Position numbers and translations under genes: made by a program. 61,886 bases of DNA from Anaerolineae bacterium (GTDB lineage: Bacteria; Chloroflexota; Anaerolineae; B4-G1; SLSP01). The stretch is taken from assembly GCA_034435555.1 (NCBI GenBank), contig DAOTXC010000178.1, positions 1 through 61,886 of the forward strand, read 5' to 3'. The notes beneath the pieces were generated by a model. The model was given only the letters and a program-made list of their open reading frames with translations. It searched no databases and had not been told where the DNA came from. How positions within the stretch are numbered: the stretch's first letter is position 1; each line of letters opens with the position of its first letter. Positions 45,420-53,889 of this stretch are shown here, piece after piece.

Positions 45420-47990
45420 ATGATTCCCGAAGCGCTGCACCTGCGCAACTTCCTCTCCCACCAGCAGACCGATCTCGACCTGCGCGGCGTGCATCTCGCC
45501 AGCCTCGTCGGCGACAACGGCGCGGGCAAATCGGCGTTGCTCGATGGCATCACCTGGGCCATCTGGGGCCGCTCGCGCGCTGCCTACGGCCACGACGAAG
45601 ACCTCATCTACCACGGCGAGGACTTCATGGAGGTCGAATTTACTTTCCGGATGCCCTATCAGAGCGGCGCCGAGCGGTCTTTCCGCATCCTCCGGCGACG
45701 CGAGCAGCGCGGGCGGCGCTCCAGCACCTCCATCCTTGACTTCCAGACACAGGGCGAGGCCGGCTGGGTCTCCCTCAACGGCGATAGCATCCGCGAGACC
45801 CAGGCACGCATCAGCGAGCAGCTGGGGCTGGAGTACGACACCTTCATCAACTCCGCCTATCTCCGTCAGGGGCGCGCCGATGAGTTCACCATCCAGACCG
45901 CCAGCGAGCGCAAGCGCGTCCTCAGCGCCATCCTGGGGCTGGATCGTTGGGAGGACTATCTCGAAGAGACGAAGAAGCGCCGCGCGGAGGTCAACGGCGC
46001 GCTACAAAGCCTGGAACGCCGCCTGGAAGAGACCCAGGCGGAGCTGGCCCGTCGCCCGGAGTACGAGGCCGCGCTCCACGAGGCCGAAGCCGAGGCCACG
46101 GCTGCTGAGGCGCAGCTACACGAGATCCAACAGACCGTCAACGCGCTGACGCGGCTGCAAGAGCAGGCCGCTGCGCTGGAACGGACGTTGCAGGGGCTAG
46201 ATCGCCAGCTCGCTGCCGCCCGCGAACAGCAGACGGCACTCACCGCCGAGCAGGAGAGCCATCGCGCCCAACGCGATGCCTACCAGACACTTCTGGCCGA
46301 AGATGAGGTTATCCAGGCCCGCTATGCCGCGTACCAGGAGGCCCTGCAAGCGGAGCGGCGCTGGGGCGAGGTGCTCAGCCAGACCGCCAGATTGCAAGAG
46401 CAGAAGGCCGCGCTTGAACAGGAGATCGCCGCCGCCCGCGCCCAGCTCGAGCAGCAGCACAGCGACCTGTTGGGCCAGCGCCGGTTGCTGGAAGAGCGCC
46501 TCCCCACCGAGGCGACCCTCGCCGAGTTGGAGGAGCGCAGCGCACAGCAGGCTTATTTCGCGCAAGTGGCGGAGGAGCTGGAACAGGCCCGCCACGACCT
46601 CCACACCGCCGAAGTGACCCGCAGCCAGCTGGTGGAGCGCAACCGCCAGCTCAAAACCAAGATGAACGAGACCAAGGCGCAGCTCGACACGCTCGCCGAG
46701 GCCGAGGCCGGCTGTCCGCTCTGTCGCCAGCCGCTCACACCGGAGCATCACACCCGCCTGCTAGAGCAGATCCAGGCCGAGGGGCAGGCGATGGGCGACG
46801 AGTACCGCGACAACCAGGCGCAGCTCCAGGCGCTTCAAGAGGAGACGCAGGCGCTCACCCAACAGCTGGAGACCCACACCCAACTCTTGCGCGACCGCGC
46901 CCAGGTGGAGCAGGCGCTCACCCGCCTCCAACAGCAGGTGGAGCAAGGGGAGGCCGCTCAAGAACGCATCACCCAATTGCAAGCCGAGGCCGCGCCGCTG
47001 GCGGCCCGTCTCGCCGCCGAGGATTATGCCACCGAGGCGCGCGCGACCCTGGCTGAGGCGCTCGCGCAACTGGCGACGCTCGGCTACGATGCCGCCGCCC
47101 ACGAGGAGGCCAAGGCACAGGTCACGGCGCTCTCCGCCGCCGAAGGCGAGCTGCGCGAGCTGGAGAAGGCTCGCGTGGGCCTCACCGGCGCGGAGGCCGC
47201 GCTGAAGCGCGTGGCCGCCGCACTCGCACAACAGGCGCAACAGCTCGAGGTGCTGGCAGCGGAGCGCGCCGCGCAGGAGACAGCTCTCGCGGAGCTGCAA
47301 CCCCGTCTGGCGACCGCGCCGCAGCTGGCGCAACAGCTCAGCGAGGCGCGCCGCATCGAGGCCGAGGCCCGGCAGCGAGTGGGGGCCGCCCGCCAGACAC
47401 TCGCCGCGCTGGCGACGCTGGAGAAGCGGCTGACGGAGATGCAAGCCGAACACGGGACATTAGGCTGCCGGCTCGCCATCCTCACCGAGCTGCGTGAGGC
47501 CTTCGGCGTGAACGGCATCCCCGCGATGATCATCGAGCACACGCTCCCGGAGCTCGAGCGCGAGGCCAACCGCATCCTGCAACGGCTCACCGGCGGGCGG
47601 ATGCACATCCGCTTCGATACCCAGCGCGAGACCAAATCCGGGACCACCCGCGAGACGCTCGACATCATCATCAGCGATGAGAAGGGCACGCGCCCCTACG
47701 AGAACTTCTCCGGCGGCGAACAGTTCCGCGTCAACTTCGCCATCCGCGTGGCGCTCTCGCGCCTGCTGGCGCAGCGCGCGGGCGTCCGCCTGCGCTCGCT
47801 CTTCGTTGATGAGGGCTTCGGCGCGCTCGACGCCGAGGGCCGTCAGCGGTTGGTGGAGGCGATCAAGGCCGTCCAGAGCGATTTCAACCTCGTGCTGGTC
47901 ATCACCCACGTGGAGGAACTCCGCGAGGCCTTCCCCGTCCGCATTCAGGTCATCAAGACCGATGCCGGCTCCCAAGTAGAGATCATCTAG
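45420..47990 (+). CDS. sbcC: SbcC/Rad50 SMC-family ATPase
   Basis: Walker A GDNGAGKS, coiled coils, Zn hook CPLC, signature FSGGEQF, DEGFGALD. Confidence 0.88.
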   Translation: MIPEALHLRNFLSHQQTDLDLRGVHLASLVGDNGAGKSALLDGITWAIWGRSRAAYGHDEDLIYHGEDFMEVEFTFRMPYQSGAERSFRILRRREQRGRRSSTSILDFQTQGEAGWVSLNGDSIRETQARISEQLGLEYDTFINSAYLRQGRADEFTIQTASERKRVLSAILGLDRWEDYLEETKKRRAEVNGALQSLERRLEETQAELARRPEYEAALHEAEAEATAAEAQLHEIQQTVNALTRLQEQAAALERTLQGLDRQLAAAREQQTALTAEQESHRAQRDAYQTLLAEDEVIQARYAAYQEALQAERRWGEVLSQTARLQEQKAALEQEIAAARAQLEQQHSDLLGQRRLLEERLPTEATLAELEERSAQQAYFAQVAEELEQARHDLHTAEVTRSQLVERNRQLKTKMNETKAQLDTLAEAEAGCPLCRQPLTPEHHTRLLEQIQAEGQAMGDEYRDNQAQLQALQEETQALTQQLETHTQLLRDRAQVEQALTRLQQQVEQGEAAQERITQLQAEAAPLAARLAAEDYATEARATLAEALAQLATLGYDAAAHEEAKAQVTALSAAEGELRELEKARVGLTGAEAALKRVAAALAQQAQQLEVLAAERAAQETALAELQPRLATAPQLAQQLSEARRIEAEARQRVGAARQTLAALATLEKRLTEMQAEHGTLGCRLAILTELREAFGVNGIPAMIIEHTLPELEREANRILQRLTGGRMHIRFDTQRETKSGTTRETLDIIISDEKGTRPYENFSGGEQFRVNFAIRVALSRLLAQRAGVRLRSLFVDEGFGALDAEGRQRLVEAIKAVQSDFNLVLVITHVEELREAFPVRIQVIKTDAGSQVEII

Positions 47991-48077
47991 CACAATCTCA
48001 CCCACTGACCGCGATGAATTGATGGCAATTTGGGCTATAATAAGGGCAGATTTCTTGTATTGAGAAAGGAGCCTGAC

Positions 48078-48518
48078 ATGTGGAAAGAGTTCAAAGAGTT
48101 TGCCATGCGCGGCAACGTGGTTGATTTAGCCATCGGCGTAATCATCGGCGGGGCCTTCGGCAAAATCGCGACCTCGCTGGTCAACGACATCATCATGCCG
48201 CCCATCGGCCTGCTGCTGGGCGGGGTGGATTTCACCAATCTCTTCATTGATCTGACGGGCCAGGGGTACACCTCGCTGGCGGCGGCGCAGGAGGCGGGCG
48301 TAGCCACGCTCAATTACGGGCTGTTCATCAACACCATCATTGACTTCGTCATCATGGCCTTCGTGATCTTCCTGATCGTCCGGGGGATCAACCGGCTCAA
48401 GCGCGAGGAGGAGGCCCCAGCCGCCGACCCCACCACCAAACCCTGCCCGTATTGCCAGACCGACATCCCCATCAAGGCGACGCGCTGCCCGCGCTGCACC
48501 TCGCAACTGGGAGGGTAA
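48078..48518 (+). CDS. mscL: Large-conductance mechanosensitive channel with a C-terminal Zn-ribbon tail
   Basis: [30 protein letters not shown]; C-terminal CPYC..CPRC. Confidence 0.95.
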   Translation: MWKEFKEFAMRGNVVDLAIGVIIGGAFGKIATSLVNDIIMPPIGLLLGGVDFTNLFIDLTGQGYTSLAAAQEAGVATLNYGLFINTIIDFVIMAFVIFLIVRGINRLKREEEAPAADPTTKPCPYCQTDIPIKATRCPRCTSQLGG

Positions 48519-48519
48519 G

Positions 48520-48829
48520 CTGGCGGAGGCGAGGCCTACGCGCAAACTCATCTTCGTTGGATTGGCCGCGGTGCTCTTCTGCATCGCAAGCTGCGCACTC
48601 GCTGTGCTCGGCGGGCGGGGCAGCCGAATCGCAACGCTGCATCATGGCCGCCGGGATCGCCACCACGCCCCAGTTACAAATCGGCGTGGCGTGGGAAGTC
48701 CCCCGGCAGACCATGATCCTGAGCTCTCTGGGGCCGCCCCTGCTCGATTCACCCACGGCGGTCTGTCTGCCGCTCCCCATGGAAGCGCCCTTCCTGCCGA
48801 TACGGGGCGCGGTGGCCTTTCCGCCATAA
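48520..48829 (+). pseudogene. Probable frameshifted small membrane-anchored protein gene
   Basis: A TM segment (RKLIFVGLAAVLFCIASCALAVLGG) in one frame continues as protein-like sequence (CIMAAGIATTPQLQIGVAWE...) in the +1 frame; no canonical start codon. Confidence 0.4.
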
Positions 48830-48868
48830 CCCATATCAGAACAAAATTACCCGAAAGGAAAAAAACTT

Positions 48869-49552
48869 ATGGCACGCACTCCCCAATCCCGTGGTATTTG
48901 CGTCTTCTGCAACCGTGAGCTGAGCAAGAGCGGTCTCACGCGGCATCTCAAGACCTGTCCAGAACGATTGAAACTCAATGCGGAAGAAGATCAACTAGGA
49001 GGAACGCCCGAAACGCTTTTCCATCTTCAGGTGCAGGATGCCTGGGGCGGTTATTTCTGGCTGCATCTGGAGATGAAAGGGTCGGCAACACTCAAAGACT
49101 TGGATTACTATCTCCGCGCCATCTGGCTGGAATGTTGCGGTCATATGAGCCGGTTTTCCATCGGCGGATGGGCCGGCGATGAGATCCCCATGAGTCGCAA
49201 GATCAGTCAGGTCTTCCAGCCCGGTGTGGAGCTGACCCACATCTACGACTTCGGCACCTCCTCCGAGACGCTGGTCAAGGCCGTGGCTGTGCGGAAGGGG
49301 CAAGCCCTCACCGACGATCCCATCTACCTGATGGGGCGCAATATCGCGCCGCCGGCGACGTGCATGGAATGTGAGGAACCGGCCACCTGGCTCTGCCTGG
49401 AATGTGTGTATGAGCACGATGAGAACGGTTATCTCTGCGAGGCACACGCGGAGGACCATCCGCATGATGCCTATGGCGAGCCAATGCCGCTGGTCAATTC
49501 GCCGCGTTGTGGCATGTGCGGCTATTACGGCCCGGCGGAGCCGCCCTATTAG
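48869..49552 (+). CDS. pRiA4b ORF-3 / IS1096 passenger TnpR-like protein with Cys/His Zn-binding ends
   Basis: CVFC..HLKTC, LECCGHMSRF, HIYDFG, CMEC..CLEC..CEAH, NSPRCGMCGY. Confidence 0.7.
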   Translation: MARTPQSRGICVFCNRELSKSGLTRHLKTCPERLKLNAEEDQLGGTPETLFHLQVQDAWGGYFWLHLEMKGSATLKDLDYYLRAIWLECCGHMSRFSIGGWAGDEIPMSRKISQVFQPGVELTHIYDFGTSSETLVKAVAVRKGQALTDDPIYLMGRNIAPPATCMECEEPATWLCLECVYEHDENGYLCEAHAEDHPHDAYGEPMPLVNSPRCGMCGYYGPAEPPY

Positions 49553-49563
49553 ACTCGCACCAA

Positions 49564-49593
49564 GCTCCCGCTCCCAATGACGGGAGCGGGAGC
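49564..49593. terminator. GC hairpin after the Zn-finger gene
   Basis: 12-bp perfect inverted repeat GCTCCCGCTCCC / GGGAGCGGGAGC. Confidence 0.6.
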
Positions 49594-49643
49594 AATTTGG
49601 ATAGATTTTAGACTTGTTCCTGAATAAGCCTTGAGCAAGTATT

Positions 49644-49714
49644 GGACGCGGACTCACGCTGATTTCCGCTGATTTTTAAGAATTATCTACGTGAATCTGC
49701 GAAAATCCGCGTCC
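49644..49714. repeat. Palindromic REP-like element built from 10-nt units
   Basis: GGACGCGGA / TCCGCGTCC terminal inverted repeat; arms CACGCTGATT-TCCGCTGATT versus ATCTACGTGA-ATCTGCGAAA-ATCCGCGTCC. Confidence 0.72.
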
Positions 49715-49750
49715 TGATCTCGATATGTATTATTTAGGGAACAACGCTTT

Positions 49751-50587
49751 CTAGCAGGTCAACGTCCCGCGCAGCACCACCACCGCCGCGCCGGTCAGCG
49801 CGACGCGCTCGCCCAACAGGCGGACGCGCAGCTCGCCGCCGCGCGCTGAGGCCTGCCGCGCGAAGAAGTCCAGCTGGCCCAGCTCCACGGCCCAGTAGGG
49901 GGCGAGCACGGTGTGCGCCGAGCCGGTCACGGGGTCCTCATTGATGCCAACCCACGGCGCGAAGTACCGCGAGGTGAAGTCGTAGGGGGGCGCGCCTGCC
50001 GCCGTCACGCAGACGCCCCGCACCTGAGCGATGGGCGCAGCGGCCAACAGCGCGGCAAAGTCGGGGGCCAGCGCCACGATCTTGGCGACCTCATCCACCC
50101 GCACCAGCACTTTGGCTGTGCGAGGATTGCGGCCCACGTAGCGCGGCGCGGCGATCCCCAGCGCGGCGAGGAGCGCCGCCGGGGGTTTCCACGGCTCCGG
50201 CGGGTCGGCGGGGAAGTTGAGCGTGATGCCGGTCGCCTCGCGGCGCGCCGTCAACGTCCCGCTCATGCGCGTCTCGAAGGCGATCTCGTCCGCGATCACG
50301 CCCACCTCGCCGAAGAGCGCCTGCGCCGTCGCCAGCGTCGCGTGCCCGCAGAGGGGCACCTCCACCGTCGGCGTGAACCAGCGCAGGGCGAAGCGGTCAG
50401 ACACCGCCCAGGGCCGGTCGTCGAGCCGCTGCACAAAGGCCGTCTCCGAAAGGTTCATCTCCGCCGCAATCGCCATCATCAACGGCTCCGGCAGCGGCGC
50501 ATCCACCAGACAGACCGCCGCCGGGTTCCCCGCGAAGGGGGTTGCGGTGAACGCATCCACCTGAAACAGCTGTAGCTCCGATTGCAT
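49751..50587 (-). CDS. PhzF-family isomerase/epimerase
   Basis: VDAFT..GNPAAV, MNLSETAF, EVPLCGHAT, EDPVTGSAH. Confidence 0.92.
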   Translation of the reverse strand: MQSELQLFQVDAFTATPFAGNPAAVCLVDAPLPEPLMMAIAAEMNLSETAFVQRLDDRPWAVSDRFALRWFTPTVEVPLCGHATLATAQALFGEVGVIADEIAFETRMSGTLTARREATGITLNFPADPPEPWKPPAALLAALGIAAPRYVGRNPRTAKVLVRVDEVAKIVALAPDFAALLAAAPIAQVRGVCVTAAGAPPYDFTSRYFAPWVGINEDPVTGSAHTVLAPYWAVELGQLDFFARQASARGGELRVRLLGERVALTGAAVVVLRGTLTC

Positions 50588-50608
50588 CTCTTGTCACCTC
50601 AGGCTAAT

Positions 50609-51397
50609 CTAAAAATCGGCAAGCCGCGCCGCCGATGGCTCCCGCCAGACAACAACAGTGCGACGCCGGAAGCGCCCCAGCACCTTGAGCAGCGGATCGG
50701 CGAGGACGCCCAACAGGACGATATTCCCCACAGCGCGGAAGGCATCCCACCACAACGAGCTGAGGCCATAGAAGACCAGGTAGCGGCGCAGCGTCTCGCC
50801 CAGCGAGAGGCCCGCCTCCCACCCACCCGCCGTTCCCGCGATGAAGGGCCAGAAGTAGAGGTTCAGCAACAGGCCGAAGCCCAATCCCCACACCCCGCCA
50901 TAAGCGGCGAGGAGCGCGATCCGCAGCCAGCGTCGCTCTGGATGGGGCAACAGCCCCGCGCCGAGGCCCACCCAGCCCGCCGCCGTCATCTGGTAGGGGA
51001 GCCAGGGGCCGATCCCCCCCGTCACTACCGCCGAGACCAGCAGCGAGAGCGTCCCAAAGAGGAAGCCGAACCGCGCCCTGAAGAGGTAGCCGGTGAGGAT
51101 GATCAGCAGGAAAACAGGCGAAAAGCCGCCCGGCAACACCAGGATCGTCGTTTCGGCCAGGCGCAGCGCCGCGTTGAGCGCCGCCAGCACCCCCATCAGC
51201 GCGACGGTGCGCGCATCCAGCTCGCGGACGGCCAGATCGGCGATGACGACGAGCAGGCAGAGCGCCGTCAGCGCGAAGAAGATCACGGGCGCATCGGGGC
51301 GCGCGGGCGCGGTAATCCCTGCCACGGGAAGCAGAAACGGGTAGAGAAAGCCCAGCAGTCCCGCCAGATTAGCCAGGATGAAGAGTGCGCGTGACAT
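50609..51397 (-). CDS. ECF transporter S component
   Basis: Multi-TM; VALMGVLAALNAALR, PGGFSPVF, GGIGPWLPYQM. Confidence 0.78.
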   Translation of the reverse strand: MSRALFILANLAGLLGFLYPFLLPVAGITAPARPDAPVIFFALTALCLLVVIADLAVRELDARTVALMGVLAALNAALRLAETTILVLPGGFSPVFLLIILTGYLFRARFGFLFGTLSLLVSAVVTGGIGPWLPYQMTAAGWVGLGAGLLPHPERRWLRIALLAAYGGVWGLGFGLLLNLYFWPFIAGTAGGWEAGLSLGETLRRYLVFYGLSSLWWDAFRAVGNIVLLGVLADPLLKVLGRFRRRTVVVWREPSAARLADF

Positions 51398-51401
51398 CCG
51401 T

Positions 51402-52628
51402 TCAGCGGGCGAAGAGCGCCACGTTTTCGATGTGATAGGTCTGCGGGAAGAGATCCACCGGCTGCACCCATTCCAGCGTGAAGCCGCCGTTCACCAGCCG
51501 CCGGGCATCTCGTGCCAGCGTCGCCGGATCGCAGGAGACGTAGACCAGCCGCGATGCGCCGCTGGCGACCAGGGCATCGAGCGCGGGCAATTCCAGCCCG
51601 CCGCGCGGCGGATCCACGATGACGGCATCGAACTGCTGCTCGAGGGTGGGGAGCAGCGCCTCCACCTTACCCTCCAAGATCGCGACGTTATCCAACCCCG
51701 CAAGGTTGTGCCGCGCATCGGCGATAGCGTCGGGGCTGAGCTCGATGCCGGTGACGAAGCCACCCACTTCGGCCATGAACGCGGTGAAGAGGCCCACGCC
51801 GCAGTAGGCATCGAGCACCTGCTCGTCATCCTCCAGCTCCAGCGCCTCCAGCACCAGATCAACCAACCGCGCAGCCTGCACGGAGTTCACCTGATAGAAA
51901 CTCGTCGGCGAGATGCGAAACTCGCGCCCATGCACGCTCTCCATGATGTAATCCAGCCCGATCAGTGGCGCGGAAGCGCCATCGTGGCACACCTGCACAA
52001 TCGAGAGGGGAAAGTCAACCTCCAGCGAGGGCGGCTCCTCGTCCTCCGTCTGAAGGACGACCATCAGGTCGCCGGTAGCAGCGCCGACCCGCAGCTCGAG
52101 CCAATCCACGCCGGGGAGCTCTAAGTCCAAAGAGGCGCACAGCTGGCAGAGGAGAGGGTGCGCGATGAGGCAATCATCAATGCGGATGATGTCCTGTCCG
52201 CCCAGCGCCAGGAAGCCCAGGCCGCCATCTACATCGGCGTGGAAGCGGATGTGGTTGCGATATTCCCACCCTGTATCATCGGGGATCGGTTCCAGCACGG
52301 GCGGATCGGTAAACTTACCGATGCGTTGCAGCTGGTCGAGCACGATCAGCGCCTTGAGCTGCACCTGTGCGGGGTAGTCAATGTGCTGGAGATGGCAACC
52401 GCCGCAGATGCCGAAGTAGGGGCAGGGCGGCTCCACACGCACCGGCGAAGGCTCCAGCACCTCCACGAGACGCGCGCGAGAGAAGCGGCGGGCCTCCTCC
52501 ATAATTTCCACACGCACCTGCTCACCGGGGATCACGTAGGGCACGAAGATGGCGCGCTTTTCGTGACGCCCGATGCCCTCGCCCCCGTGAGAGAGCACTT
52601 CAATTTTCAGATCAATCAACTCGCCCAT
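51402..52628 (-). CDS. RlmD/TrmA-family RNA m5U methyltransferase
   Basis: TRAM domain, CPYFGICGGCHLQH [4Fe-4S], FYQVN, LDAYCGVG, VDPPRGG, YVSCDPATLARD. Confidence 0.92.
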   Translation of the reverse strand: MGELIDLKIEVLSHGGEGIGRHEKRAIFVPYVIPGEQVRVEIMEEARRFSRARLVEVLEPSPVRVEPPCPYFGICGGCHLQHIDYPAQVQLKALIVLDQLQRIGKFTDPPVLEPIPDDTGWEYRNHIRFHADVDGGLGFLALGGQDIIRIDDCLIAHPLLCQLCASLDLELPGVDWLELRVGAATGDLMVVLQTEDEEPPSLEVDFPLSIVQVCHDGASAPLIGLDYIMESVHGREFRISPTSFYQVNSVQAARLVDLVLEALELEDDEQVLDAYCGVGLFTAFMAEVGGFVTGIELSPDAIADARHNLAGLDNVAILEGKVEALLPTLEQQFDAVIVDPPRGGLELPALDALVASGASRLVYVSCDPATLARDARRLVNGGFTLEWVQPVDLFPQTYHIENVALFAR

Positions 52629-52641
52629 TGTATCCTCCACA

Positions 52642-53235
52642 TCACCGTTGCGAGACCCACACGGTAAAGAACAGCACGAACAGATGAATCAAAAAGGGGT
52701 AGACGAACGATCCCGTCTGCCAGGCGACCCAGCCGAAGGCCGTCCCGCCAAAGATGCAGCTGAGCGTTTCCAGCTGCGGCTTGGTGAGATGCGCCAGCGT
52801 GAAGGGGATCGCCTGCAACAGGATCGCCCACTCGCCGGCGATGTCGGCGAGTGCGAACAGCAGCATCCCCCGGAAGAAGAACTCCCAGCCGAAGAGCTCT
52901 TGCGCCGCCCACCACAATGTCCCCCAAGCGCCGCGCGTCTGCCAGATGCGCCCATAATACTGCTGGAAGTCGGGGCGTCGGGCTACAAACCACAGCATCG
53001 GAGCCATCAACAGGCAGCCGCCGACGGTGAGCAACAAGCCGCGCTTCCAATCGCCCAACTGGAATCCATAGGCAGCGGGGGAACGGCGCAGCACCACCAG
53101 GAGCACCAATGGCAACGCCAGATAGAAGAAGAGACTATCCCACTCCTTGCGCCCTAGCAGGTCGTTGTAGAAATTCACCACCAGAGCCAACGTAGCGTAG
53201 ACCAAAATGACCACGGTCTGCCAATTTTCTCTCAT
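52642..53235 (-). CDS. CPBP (CAAX/Abi) intramembrane protease family protein
   Basis: WEFFFRG, FTLAH, HLF motifs; multi-TM. Confidence 0.85.
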   Translation of the reverse strand: MRENWQTVVILVYATLALVVNFYNDLLGRKEWDSLFFYLALPLVLLVVLRRSPAAYGFQLGDWKRGLLLTVGGCLLMAPMLWFVARRPDFQQYYGRIWQTRGAWGTLWWAAQELFGWEFFFRGMLLFALADIAGEWAILLQAIPFTLAHLTKPQLETLSCIFGGTAFGWVAWQTGSFVYPFLIHLFVLFFTVWVSQR

Positions 53236-53304
53236 CCATCCACCCTTTTTACGCTTGGTCAAGCCCTCATTATAATAGCAAGCGGTGATTTTGAAAACAG
53301 GCGG

Positions 53305-53333
53305 TTGCCAAAACCTCAGGTCTGTGGTATATT
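53305..53333 (+). promoter_or_regulatory. rpsO promoter
   Basis: TTGCCA-N17-TATATT with extended TG. Confidence 0.7.
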
Positions 53334-53402
53334 CACCCTCAGTTGAGGAATGTAAAGCGAACATTCTGACGAATTCGGCAGTCTAAAAAAGGAGTTCGGG
53401 TC

Positions 53403-53669
53403 GTGCTAGATAAAGAAGCAAAGACAGCGATTATCGAGACGTACGCACGCACGCCGGATGACACCGGTTCGCCGGAGGTTCAGGTCGCTCTGTTGACACA
53501 CCGCATCAGCTATCTCACGGAGCATCTGAAAGTCCACAAGCATGACGAGCACTCGCGCCGTGGCCTGCTTAAAATGGTCGGGCGGCGTCGCCGTCATCTG
53601 GCTTACTTGCAAAAGGTAAGCCCACAGCGATACCGTGAGCTCATCCAGCGGCTTGGTTTGCGTAAGTAA
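53403..53669 (+). CDS. rpsO: 30S ribosomal protein S15
   Basis: [38 protein letters not shown]. Confidence 0.98.
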   Translation: MLDKEAKTAIIETYARTPDDTGSPEVQVALLTHRISYLTEHLKVHKHDEHSRRGLLKMVGRRRRHLAYLQKVSPQRYRELIQRLGLRK

Positions 53670-53701
53670 TCGAGCGCTGCACAGTCAAAAAAGAGGGTAA
53701 A

Positions 53702-53742
53702 AAAACGAGTAGATGCGGACTTGACCCCCATCTACTCGTTTT
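53702..53742 (+). terminator. rpsO terminator
   Basis: 14-bp inverted repeat AAAACGAGTAGATG / CATCTACTCGTTTT. Confidence 0.8.
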
Positions 53743-53889
53743 CCCGTATCACAATTAGTTAACCACCTGGCATCTGCAGGCGCGCAGGAGGTGGGAATTG
53801 GGGAGTGGGGTGCATAGAAAATGCACAGCAGTTCCCAGTTTCTGACCTTCTACGGCTTGGAGCTGTCGGGCTATTTAGGAGGTAAAGAA

